From NCBI GenBank assembly GCA_002633005.1, contig NMRA01000315.1, forward strand, positions 405,806-469,805: 64,000 nt of DNA, in the 5' to 3' direction. The stretch comes from Phoronis australis. Taxonomy: Eukaryota > Animalia > Phoronida. Below the pieces are notes generated by a model that had not been told where the DNA came from, made no database searches, and saw only the letters and a program-made list of their open reading frames with translations. Below, one piece after another: positions 1-11,600 of the stretch. A program made the translations under genes and the position numbers. Within the stretch, counting starts at the first letter, position 1. Every line of letters starts with the position of its first letter.

Positions 1-948
1 TCAACTTTCACGTCGGCAACTTGCCTTGCGCTTTAGAGTTCTTCAATGGCGGTCGTGAAGAACAGTAAGGCTGTACCTACATGAATGAAGTCAATTTTGA
101 GATCCGAAATTTGTGAGTATTTAACGCTGCAGGTAAGAGAATAATCTAAACATTTTCTCGATGATCTATAAAATCTATTTTGGCACGTAAAAATGGCGGG
201 AAAATTTTGCGAATGCGAGCTGGATTTTGAAAATGCGACCTGGGATTTTGGCTAGGTCGCAAAATGCTACCTGGCGATTTTAATAGCGTCGAGCCCTGCT
301 GATACTGAGCTCTAGAAATTTGCGTCGAGTTTGGAATTGTTATTGTGGAGAACACTGACTGGTTTTCAAAACGTAGGCACGTTGTAAGGGAATACTCAGA
401 GATAACCAGCCCACGATGCCCGCTATTCAGTAAAGTGTCTTTGTATTGTAAATTTCGTGTACATATTGAAGGTGAATACAAGTTTGCACATATTCAAGGA
501 GAATAAAAGGTAGCTATAATTACATGTTATTACAAACATCTGTTGAGTGATTATTTCTGACGAGAGCACTTTTCAAACACAGAACCTACTAGTAGGCTGT
601 TATTACTGAGTGTCGTGGCATTTTAGTTTGCGTTCTTTTCAAAAATCCTCAAGAAAATAAATGCTTGAAATACTATGCACCAAAATCATTGCTTTCAATG
701 AGGGGTAAAGAATTGTTATCAGATAAAAACATGTATGATTCTATAGTACACAAACGTTCCTTTGCACTTATGCACAGTGGTTTACATTGAATTTAACCGA
801 TATTACAATAGCCGCATGCATCAAAACGTGCATTGTACGCAGTATACAGTAAACAAAGTAAATCTGAAGACATGCTTTTGATTTACGTACCTAGGCATAT
901 GAAACGTCTATAGGAGCTCCGCCGTCTCTATTGGTGTTGCTACTTGGG

Positions 949-1504
949 ACTAGGAATTCCATGGGTGCTTCACTTCAGGTCAAACACAAAACTCAATAAA
1001 TTTACACAAATCAGGGGTTCAACAAACCATGGGCAATTGTTCTTTCTTCTGATAGCATTTGCAGTGTTCTGCTCCAGTGAGTTTGCACAACAAATTCGTG
1101 GTCGAGGTACAAAAAAAATTCAAAAAAGTCATTGCGGACTGTCAATGTGCCCCACGGAAATTGCCGGTTTGTCACGGAAGGCCATGACATCAATAACTCC
1201 ACACCACTTCATAACCTTCCGTGATAAACCAGCAATTGCCGTCCATCAGTAACTCATCGGATAATTCTTTCCGACTCACGTGGGGCACATTGATAGTATA
1301 TGTAGCGGCTTTTTGGGAAGAATTTTGGGCTTTGTCAAAGCCTTTGACTGAGAATTTATAGCGGACTTACTGACACTGTAAATGCTATCAGAAGAAAGAA
1401 CAATTACTGCTCAACTCATGGTTTGTTGAACTGTTTAGTGTAAATATATTTAGTTTTGTGTTTGAAATGGACGGCTGAAGTGAAGCACCCGTGGAATTCC
1501 TAGT
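949..1504. mobile_element. Foldback/MITE forming a ~555-bp imperfect palindrome
   Basis: ACTAGGAATTCC..GGTGCTTCACTTCAG at the left end and its reverse complement at the right; nested inverted blocks continue to the centre (~1200). Confidence 0.75.
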
Positions 1505-1596
1505 TCTGAGTGTCATACCTTGCAGTAATAGTGTATTCGGGATGATCAGGCAGAAGCTGAGGACGCCTGTTGTGAGTGTGACTATGAGTGTGACTG

Positions 1597-1899
1597 TGAG
1601 TTAGGCAATGACCATCGCCTCTGTTGGCCCGAAGCAGAGGCGATGCAGAGGCTATAGGCGCTCTGTACGCCGGAAGCTTTTCGGCGAATTATGCCTCGCA
1701 CCGACTAAACCATCAAAGTCACGTTGTTATAAATTATTAAATACCTTTTGCGCATAGAGGAACACCTGAGGAGGTTGTCGATGTGTTTAATTCCTTCCAA
1801 CTCGAACAAATACTCCCATTATCAAACTTTTTCTTCGAGCAGTCCCTATTTCAGTTCCCTGCTTCGGGCCAACAGAGGCGATGGTCATTGCCTAACTCA
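1597..1899. mobile_element. MITE with perfect 41-bp TIRs
   Basis: TGAGTTAGGCAATGACCATCGCCTCTGTTGGCCCGAAGCAG at 1597-1637 and its exact reverse complement at 1859-1899. Confidence 0.8.
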
Positions 1900-2699
1900 T
1901 AACTGTGACTGTGAGTAGCGAGGACAGCATTCTTCAGCGAATCGCTTCGCGTATCTGTCACCGTGTTAAATTCGCTCACTACAATCGGCAAAAAATAACT
2001 CAAAAATGTAATAAATGTGAATAAAAAATATTGCAAAGTATGAAAGAATATATTGTTTTACTTATCTGATAATCTTTTTTTGTCGCAAAATTCGTTAAGT
2101 AATACTTTGCACGAGTTTTTTGCAGGGACGTGACCGATTTTTCAGACCAAAATGGATGCCGGTAAAAATGACTGCTATTTGGTTTTCAACCCAGGAGAAG
2201 ACTAAACTCGCGAATTTTTATGTGAAACTTCGTGAAAGAACAAAAGGGAGTCTTGCGAACACGATCATGTAAGTAGTTTTCACTTTTCTGCACTTAAAAG
2301 TTGAAAAAGTCGCCTTTTCCCGCGACCTTCAACTTCGAGCTGAATTTATTGGTATATAGCATAATTTGCGAATGTAATGAACTGTATTCCGCACTAAAGG
2401 GTTCATTAATTAACTATTTCAAACACTTGTTCGTCAATTTCTGACAATCGGGCGAATTTCTGACTCACTTCGTAGTTCCGGGTACTGCCGCTAGGGGTGG
2501 TCCTGTGAATCGCGTTGAATGTTTGGTTTACAATACTGAAGCACTTCAACTTTTCCTGATGAAAACGCAATGTAAAAGAGAACTAAACAGTCATTTCTCG
2601 TAGTGAGAACAATGATTGTTATATTTAATTTTTTTTTCTATTTTGCTTCACATTTTTGTTGGTCAAGCCACTGATAGACTTGGGTTGGCTTGCTGCCAG

Positions 2700-2727
2700 C
2701 ATAGATTATAGACAACTATAGTCTATG
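2700..2727. mobile_element. 28-bp TIR-only remnant (putative excision footprint) of the P-like family, with a perfect 7-bp TSD
   Basis: ctgccag-CATAGATTATAGACAACTATAGTCTATG-ctgccag; the first 17 nt are identical to 50251-50267. Confidence 0.7.
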
Positions 2728-3360
2728 CTGCCAGAGAGGTCCACACCCATCTTGCCTTGTTGGTCATGACATTTTATTCAGAATATGTCAAGATAGAAAA
2801 TGAAAATGTTTTAATTTTAGGTTAAACAAATATTACAAATGTACAGTTCTACTGCAGTCCTGTGTTTCCAAGACTTTGTGGTCCACTACTTTGAAACATA
2901 TACATGCTTTCGATAAACTTTTTTTCTGACCACGGGCCAGTATATATAGTTTTTAACAGAACAATTGAGGTTTGCCTAGACTGTTCATAAATCTCACCCT
3001 GATCTTATCTTTATCCTCCAGGTAAGCTTTGTTGGAATTTGCTGTGGACCAAACCAGTTGTTATTTTCTTCATTATTAATTTCACCCCTATTTATCAGTT
3101 TCTATCATCATCATGTCTCACATTTCTTTCTCAACAGACTCTGCTTCTAGCTCTTGGTCCAGATTCTTCTACTTTCCTGCTTCTACTGATTCTACTTGCA
3201 TTTTATCAGTTATTCAGTTGGACATGATCTCATAGACAAACGGTCAAAGCCTCCTTCATTTTGACTCTCATTCCGCTCCACCTATCGGACGGTGCTTTTC
3301 AGCTCCTGATGCTGTTGAGGAGTCCGCGAAGAAGTACCATATGCCAACACCACCTCTTAA

Positions 3361-4047
3361 AGAGGTCGATTCACAGCTATTTATTTGTTGTTAATATGTA
3401 TACACATGTGCTGACTGTTAATAAAGATTGCTTATAAACCACATTTCTTTTTATTTCACACCCCATATTCTTCTATTATTCGTTTAAAACACGCTTCCAC
3501 TTCCCCACAAAATTTCGAGAACAGAAAATTTTCAACTTCGGCTATCTTCGGAAACACGTCACGTCCGGAAGCGGATCCGATCACTGCCGAGTCTGTCCAT
3601 AGGTTTGTACTGGGACTATCTGGCACAAATGGAAGCTTTCTGTTTGTTAGAATGGGTTTATTATGCAACTTTTGCCAATTAATTCTCTGAAATGTGACAC
3701 ATATGCGCATGGTCTTGTGCGTTGCCATAAACATTTCACAGTAGTTAGCAATGAGTCCTCAATAAAGTGTTCGAGTGCAGCCGCATATCTTTCGCACTGT
3801 CTGTCTACGCACGACGTATCACTGATGTTGTGTGCCAATTGGAATACTTATTTCGACATTAAACACATTTTTATACTTTAACTCGATTAAAAATTTGAAG
3901 AACAATGCCGGACTGTTGTGTTATTGGAGGCTGTGACAATGTGTCAGGGTCTGGGCCTGGGGTGTCATTACATAGGTTTCCCACTAACCCCAGACTGCGT
4001 CGCAACTGGGAAGACTTCGTGAGGTCCACGAGAAAATTTAGTGGAGC
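3361..4047 (+). mobile_element. THAP-domain transposase 5' fragment (3905-4047), probable Kolobok left end at 3361; cut off at an N
   Basis: MPDCCVIGGCDNVSGSGPGVSLHRFPTNPRLRRNWEDFV is a THAP motif; upstream TTAA|AGAGG terminus; no right end seen. Confidence 0.65.
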
Positions 4048-5516
4048 NAAATTATTCATCATAAAAAGTTCTTTAAAATGATGTATTACATGTCTATTTA
4101 CGTTTCTTAGTTTTGAAATAATAATATTTTGAACTCGCAGATTCGATTTGACAGAATTTTTACCAAAAATTTTGACACGAAAAGGACATTTTCTCCGGAA
4201 CCATAAGTCCAATTTAAAAAATTTTACTATCGTTATTTTAGTCTTGAAAAGAGCTTTCTAATGATGTATATTACATGCACATTTTCTAAAATTTTTGAAA
4301 AATGCTGTTCTCCCTACTGTGAGTGTGTGAGTCGGATGGTGAATCATATTCATATTCATGCAACTTTTAGTCAGTTTTTACCACTTTCGGGGCCGTTAAG
4401 AGGGAAGAAAATCCAGGATATTATTTCAGTTCTCACACATAAGTCATATTAAAACAAAAAGACTAACCCTCGCCAATCTTCTCCAATTTTTCATACTTCT
4501 GCATGTTTTGACGATCATAAACGGCGATTGTTCCGCTTTCGCGATACAGGAAGATAGCACGAGATTACAAAACGAGAACTGGCGGTATTTGTAATTCTAT
4601 GAAAAATCTATAACTGAGGCTATGGAAATTTCTATTAACTGTTGACTCAGCGACTTTATTTCACGTTATTCTGAACATTCAAAAACATTACATGTCATTT
4701 TGTATCAGTAGACTGCTGTAAAGAGAGATAAAAACTTTTTAACGCTATCTGTAGTAAATTCTTGACTTACCGCTAGGTAGAGCACTACGGGGATGTGATT
4801 TGACCAGGATGGTGAAATCCGAAATCCCGGTGGTGGTGTGATGTAGTGTGTCACATCATTATGCAAGTGCTTTTTTCTTTGGAGTTTGAAACCATTTAAA
4901 TCGTTAACATTTTGATTAATCTGGCAATTCAGGTGTGAACAGTGAGGAGAAGTTCTTTTTCAAACAGTAGGCCATACTACAGATTACAGTACAGACTACT
5001 TTGCTTGCCTGCTCACGTCATTGTTTAGGTTGCTCACTCAACTCTTGAGTGATTTCAGAGTCTCGTCATGTGACTCTCTGAAGTTGTGGCTTTTTAAAAA
5101 GAGTTGGAATTCTTTCTGTTAACAACAAATTTGGATTAGGTATACAGTTACTGTTCATGGTGACTTCAAATATTCTGTGTAATTTAGCCTTAGCTTTGCC
5201 AGGGGCTCCTTAGAGGGCTGAAAAGAACTGCATGACTTATTTCTTCAAACCAAAGTCATGAAAGTTAAAGTCATGGCATGACCTGAAATTTGATGAACTT
5301 AGTGTGAAGAAATAGCACATTTAATTTGTAAAACTTCAGAACAATTTGATCTTGAAACTAAAATTGATTTTGGGCAGAAATGATTGTGGGTTTATGGCGA
5401 TTCATAACTTATTCATTTCTTGACAGAGATCATTAGTTGTTACTCAGTCTTAATGACTTAATGTCCATGTATGTTTCATCCTAGGTAATTACTGCCAGAC
5501 AGTAACTGGACAAGAC

Positions 5517-5670
5517 ATGGGGGAGTTGGCTAGAAAAGCTACCATTTTGAACCTGTTTTCAACTGAGGCTAAAGATGTTTTGGCTGGACTGTATCTTCCA
5601 TCTGGGCCGGAAGATGTAGATATTTTGAATTCAGAGTGGTCAATTGATCTGAATAGATCTGTATCACCAG
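5517..5670 (+). CDS. ANKZF1: ANKZF1 coding exon 1 ([15 protein letters not shown]...RSVSP)
   Basis: Acceptor ctag at 5484, ATG at 5517, donor CAG|gtgatg; phase 1 matches the next exon. Confidence 0.75.
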
Positions 5671-8600
5671 GTGATGTTAACTTTGTTGGAAGGAAGCGTT
5701 TATTTAGCTGACTTCGAAGTACCGTGCATACTGCATTGTAGCTGATCTAAACAAACTTCAAGTTGAATAAATCAAGTTAGCCATGTAGACTCTTTCCATT
5801 CGTGCACTCATTGAAGACCATTAGGTCCATGGTTTCTTCATGAAACATGAACCGAAACGAGGGTTTTTAATAATGGACTTACATGGGACTTAAGGTTTTT
5901 CTGATATACTTGAAAACATCTAAATCACTTATAATTATTTTATAGAGTTTGCCAGTTGCTTACACAAAAATTATGCAGACATACATTAATTCACGTATCC
6001 GTATTGGTTTGATAACAGTGCCCTGGTATTAATATTCACTGTATTGTTACAGTTGCGAATCATGTAGTACCTGAGAAGAAAGCGTGTTCATTTTGTAAAG
6101 TGGAATTTCTTACTCGCACCGAGCAGGTAAAAGCAAGCACTTAAATTTATGCTGTATTAGTAATCAAATTAAATTACAAGGAGTTTCAATTGGCAGAACT
6201 CTTCTAGACTCTGCCAGACCTGGATAAGCATCTTGCCAGATTTATTTGGCAGTCTTTTCTGTTCTGTTGCAGCAAAATGACTCTTTTGTGAAACTGAATT
6301 TATTTGCGCCTAGCTGCTAACTGTATTATTTTTATTGGACTTGCTCAGCGAGTTGTCACAACTTCAATGACGTGGATAGAGCAACAGCTGTCAAGGTTTT
6401 ATCAAGATTTAGAAAGTATTGAGAAACAAATTCTACCTAAAAATAAATTGCGTTATATATAATTATAGTACATAATCTCAGTTCTGGATGCAGAAACTTT
6501 GTTTGATTGCAACGTTGTCCAGTTTATTTTGAAAACTGTTTTTGAGTTGTAGACAATAAATTGGATGACTTCCCAAAGACTAGTTCTTAAACTTTTGAAT
6601 ATGTAATGCATCATTTCTGAGATGTATTGCTCTACTTACACTTACCTTTAGCCTGTTGCAGTGGCGGATCTAGTTTGTCATCAAAGGGGTCCCAACATTT
6701 TGTCTCGTAAACAATCGCCCAAAGCATGATTGTAGACTGTGAGGTCATGGCGCCGAATGGGAGGAGGACGGGAGGTTGGTTTTGCCTCTAAACAAGCATT
6801 TTCCTTGATTTCGGAAATATTATGAAAAAAAAAACACTGAGAATATGACTGTGTAAAAATGGAAAATTCAGAAATTGTATTCACTCGAATTCATGACCTA
6901 TTTATCAGAGGGCGCGTTCACTTCCATTGTGCCACCACGCTTCCACCTAAAATGCCATGCTAAGAGACATACTTGTTAATGGTTCACAGCATTTGCACGC
7001 GAACTTGCTCCTTTCCGTAATGTTTATTCCACACTTTAAATTTTGTGCAACCCGTTCGTAGCAGAACTTGTTGTGTTTAAAATAGTCTTAATTTGCCCAA
7101 AAGACCAAATCCATTTTTCGAGTAAGCATTAGCCACATGATTGCTTTGCTAATCGTCTTAATTTTAATGTCTGACAAAGAGAGAATTATGAGTTCTTGAG
7201 TGATTCACTAACTTAAGGCTTCGATTAAAATTTACATCTAACCAGTAGCTCCTCTTCATTTCGTTATTCAGCTTCTGTATTCTTTGGAAAAATGAGGTAA
7301 TATTTTCCTTGCACAGTAGAGCAGACAAATGGTAACAGAGTGGTTGTGTGCAGCACCTTGCTTAACCATAGTTACTGTTACGATCCGCCTATGTGTTGTC
7401 ATAGACTTGTCAATGACCTCATTTCTCCATTCATCTTTTGAAGAACAAGCGATTTTGATCGTGGTGATGTATTTTTTCTTTGAGTTGCCACGACATGTAA
7501 ACTGGGGAACCATCCACTTGTCTGGCCAGCACTCTGACCACTAGGCATCTTGAATGTGAAATAGATGTCCCATATGTAATTTTATTATAATGTGACCCAT
7601 CCCTAGTATGCACCCGCCATGGTCATTCTGGTCCATTGACAGGTTGAGTTCTTGGTACAGTTAGTTAATAAACGTTGAGAGAATGAAACCTCTCTGTACG
7701 TGATATAATATGAAAGTGAAATGAATATTTTTCACGTACTATGTCACACTGTGACCACTTCAAGTGAATACTTGGGAAAACTTACTTTTAGTGGTACCTG
7801 CTTTTGGGAATTAAGCATTTTATCCACTGAATAAAAGGAGTTATTTGATGATTGTCTGGTTCTCAAAACCAGTGACCTCTGGTGGTGACTGTTGACAAGA
7901 ACATTTATGATCATCAGTACACCTACGTGCCTAGTTAAGTTTTAATTCACTATGTAGGATATTTTGTAAAACCAAAAAGTCAAATTGGAGACTAGAGCTG
8001 TTACATGTCTGTTACATTTATTATCTCACTTTCTCTTTAGAAAGATCACTTCAAATCAGACTGGCACCTGTTTAACTTACGTAGGAAGGTAAAAGGCATT
8101 GCTTCAGTAACTGAGGATCAGTTTGACAACCTGGTCAGTGAAGTGTCCAGTATATCTGGGTCTGACCAGTCAGACTCGGAGGAAGAAAGCCACCCTGAGG
8201 CGGGCCGAGTGAAAAGTCCCCTTCCTAGACAGCTGGAAAGACTAAGAAGTGAGTGACTGTATAGTACTGCTGTAGTACAAGTGAATACTGTACAGCAAAG
8301 TCCTTTTCAAATAGACTTAAGAATAAAATAATTGCCAAATTGTCACTTGTCCATTTTTAGGAGCTTACTAGTGCTTAGAATATTATTGTCAGAGGCAGTT
8401 GTACCATGCAAACAAAATTGTTTAATCCTTAATTCAGGCTACCAGAACATCATGTCTGCCGCTATCACAACACTAGTTCATCCAACCCGACTCAAGGGCC
8501 TGATATACTTAGTTCACTGATAATCACTAACACAGCTCTCTGACTACTAAACACAGCTCTCTGACTACTAAACACAGCTCTCTGACTATCTGACTACTAA

Positions 8601-11600
8601 ACACAGCTCTATGACTACTAAACACAGCTCTATGACTAATAAACACAGCTCTCTATCTGCCAAACACAACTCACTGACTCCTAAACAGGACTTTATGACT
8701 ACTAAACACAGCTCTCTGACTACTAAACACAGCTCTCTGACTACTAAACACAGCTCTCTAACTACTGAACACAGCTCTCTGACTGCCGAACACTGCCCAC
8801 TGACTGCTGAACACAGTGTCCATCACAAGAAACTCGTTCCCAGACTCACATTTGTATGGACTTCATTTCCATGTACTGTGTTGAGCTGTCAGTGTGTCAT
8901 GTTTGTGAGTCTGAGTAGAGAATTGTGAAAAATAAAGCAGTCCATCAAGTTCATCTCAAGTGGCTTCCTGAATGCATGATAAAGTATTTCCATGAATAGA
9001 ACCGTTGTTATGTACACTGGCGCCACCAGTAGTTTGATTACTCATTGCTTTAGCTGAAGTTGTTTTACTTGAGCTATCAACATTTTTGATATTGTTTCTT
9101 ATGCTTATTTAAATTTGTTGTGTATTTCTCACAGGGCGTCGCAGCAGTTCCACAGACAGTGACTCTAGTGATTCCAGTGTTCAGAGTGAGAGGTCCCATA
9201 CTCCGAATCGTCGAAAGCATCCGAAGGTGTTCTTTAAGAATTCTAAAGGTGACCTGCTGTCTGTCTACAGATGTGTCTTATATGGCAAGGTCAAGGTCAG
9301 TGACCCTGTGACAAAACTGTATTTTGTAAAAGACGTTAAACTGTGTATTGTTATTTGCACTGCAAACTTTTTAGCTATCATATTTGTCCGTTTCGGTACA
9401 TATATTCTTATACCTCCCGCGGTTAGTTTAATCTCCACTCAATTCAACTTTATATTTTATCTTTCATCATCCAAATTATCACTATTGATGACTCATGACC
9501 AGTTGGGCTTTAGGAAACGTGGTCATGCGGGATGCTTAGAATGCAGTGCATGTTGTTTTCTGTGCCCAATACATTTTGCTAGTGAAATTTGTTCCTTACT
9601 GAGGGGTAAATGCAAAACCTTATTTGTTTTTTTTTTGTTCAAAAGGTGTCTCTGTGTATTGTTTGCCTTGTTCTTGGTATTATCCATTGGGTTGCATTGA
9701 AATTGGATCATTTTCAAGTCGAACGTTTTTACTGGAATTCTCATCAAAGTTGACAAGAGTTTCACCACAGTATTTCACATGATTATTGAATTGAGTATTT
9801 TGTTGTTTCAGAATCCACCTGAAGATGGGGCTGAACTTGCCAAAATCATTAAGAACTACCAGTCAAGTGCTAAGTGGTGCATTCTAATGACTGGAGGTGG
9901 ACATTTTGCTGGAGCTATGTTTGACCGGTAAGTACAGTTTTGTTTATGTTTTCTAACCAAATTTTTTGTGTTACGTTTAACTGTGATATTCAAAGAATTA
10001 AATCATTTTTTTCTCTGGAATTCGAGTGTCTACTTTATGAATTACTTTGTTACGGCTTGCTTTTGCGACAAAGTTTACCCATATCCTTAAAATATTCAGA
10101 CATTTCTACTCCAACTTGTACTCACTGGAGTAATACTTGAGAAACAGCGACCATAAACTTTGCTCTGACTGATCCCTTCGAGACGTACTCAGATTCAAGA
10201 ATTATTTTCTAGTTGCTATGGAAATCTTTGATTCAATAAACCAAGAAAATAATTTAAGCACATTTTGAAACCTATTACCCTCCACAAATCCAGTCAAAGA
10301 AATTGTAAGTTTTCCAGTATAGGAGGTGTGAAAAAGATTATTGGTGTCTGTGGATTTTTGGAATAACAAAGGGTTGGTTGTGTACCTTGTAAATCATATT
10401 TCATATTACTAATTGCAGTTTTTATAAAATAAGTATATACTTGCAATGCATAATGAGGTATCAAGTTGTGAAGACTAGTGTTCATGCAAATGGAGTACTT
10501 CTTCGAGAATGCTAGGTAGCTGTCTTGGAAGTTTGTAATTTTCCCAAATTTGCTGGAGTAATCAAAGAGACTGAGTTAAGTTTGGTGGTCACTCAAACAG
10601 ATAATTGCTGAATGTGCTTGGCTGTAGTTTATACCATTTTACAGTTATAGGGGAAAACAACCAGTTTTGATTTTACCTTTGGAAAACTTAAAAATCCCTG
10701 ATTATCTGGGAGATATTTTTTGTTAATTTCTGTCTGTTCTCTTAACATTTTTACTGTCCATGGAAGAGTAGAAAGTAACATGTGCAGCCCAATAAAACCC
10801 CTGCACCTTGGTTCTGTGTTAATTCCCGTTGAACAAACTCAAATGACTGATACAGACTGTGTTCAATAGTGAGTAAGACATTCTGTGTTAACCTAGTCAT
10901 TCATTGAGCAAAACCAAATGACTGAAGCAGACTGTGTACAATAGCGAGTAAGACAGTGTGTTTGCTAAATGGAAGTGAATGTTGAAGAAAGATGTGGGCC
11001 TTTTATTGGGCCATCCCCATCATATTCTTAAGTTCGATGGATAGTCAATGCATGCCATGATAACAGATAACAGGGAGTAATGCATCTGCCAGATAGCAAG
11101 GGATATGTGTTTTCACTAAACGTAACATCAAAATGGTTGTGCTTCCTTTTAAGGAATGGTTGCTTAGCAACTGTCATCCAGTTGATATCTGCTTCTTTTA
11201 ACATTGCGCTGAAATCCAAGGGTGTTGGACTTAGCACAAAGAGTAATTTTCAAAAAAAGTTGTCAATATTTTTCTTCTTGAATGCTGAAAATCCACAAAA
11301 TGTGCGAAATGTTGACGCAAAAAGTTTTGGCTAGTTTTCAAATGGTTTTATTTTGTTAGGTGTCTTTTCGGGTTTTGCCATTGCCTGGAAGAAGTTAGAA
11401 AAACATAACGGAATTCCTCAACTTATGTAATGAAGGTTTGCTTATGGCATTGGTAGTTACACGTTCTAATTTCAGTTAATGGATCAGATAGTGTCTGTAT
11501 ACTTTCTGTTATTTGTATTGCGATCTTTTGTGTAGCGACACAATACTGGTTCACAAAACCTTCCACCGTTACGTTGTACGAGCCAAAAGAGGGTCAGCTC

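Noticed and set aside
1-481. Donor-like sites near 111 and 133 and a 111-aa minus-strand ORF
   Set aside because: No recognisable protein or exon chain; the context lies outside the window.
8611-8928. 105-aa ORF with TTKHSSL repeats; superficially CRISPR-like array
   Set aside because: A head-to-tail 21-bp minisatellite with no unique spacers, inside an intron.
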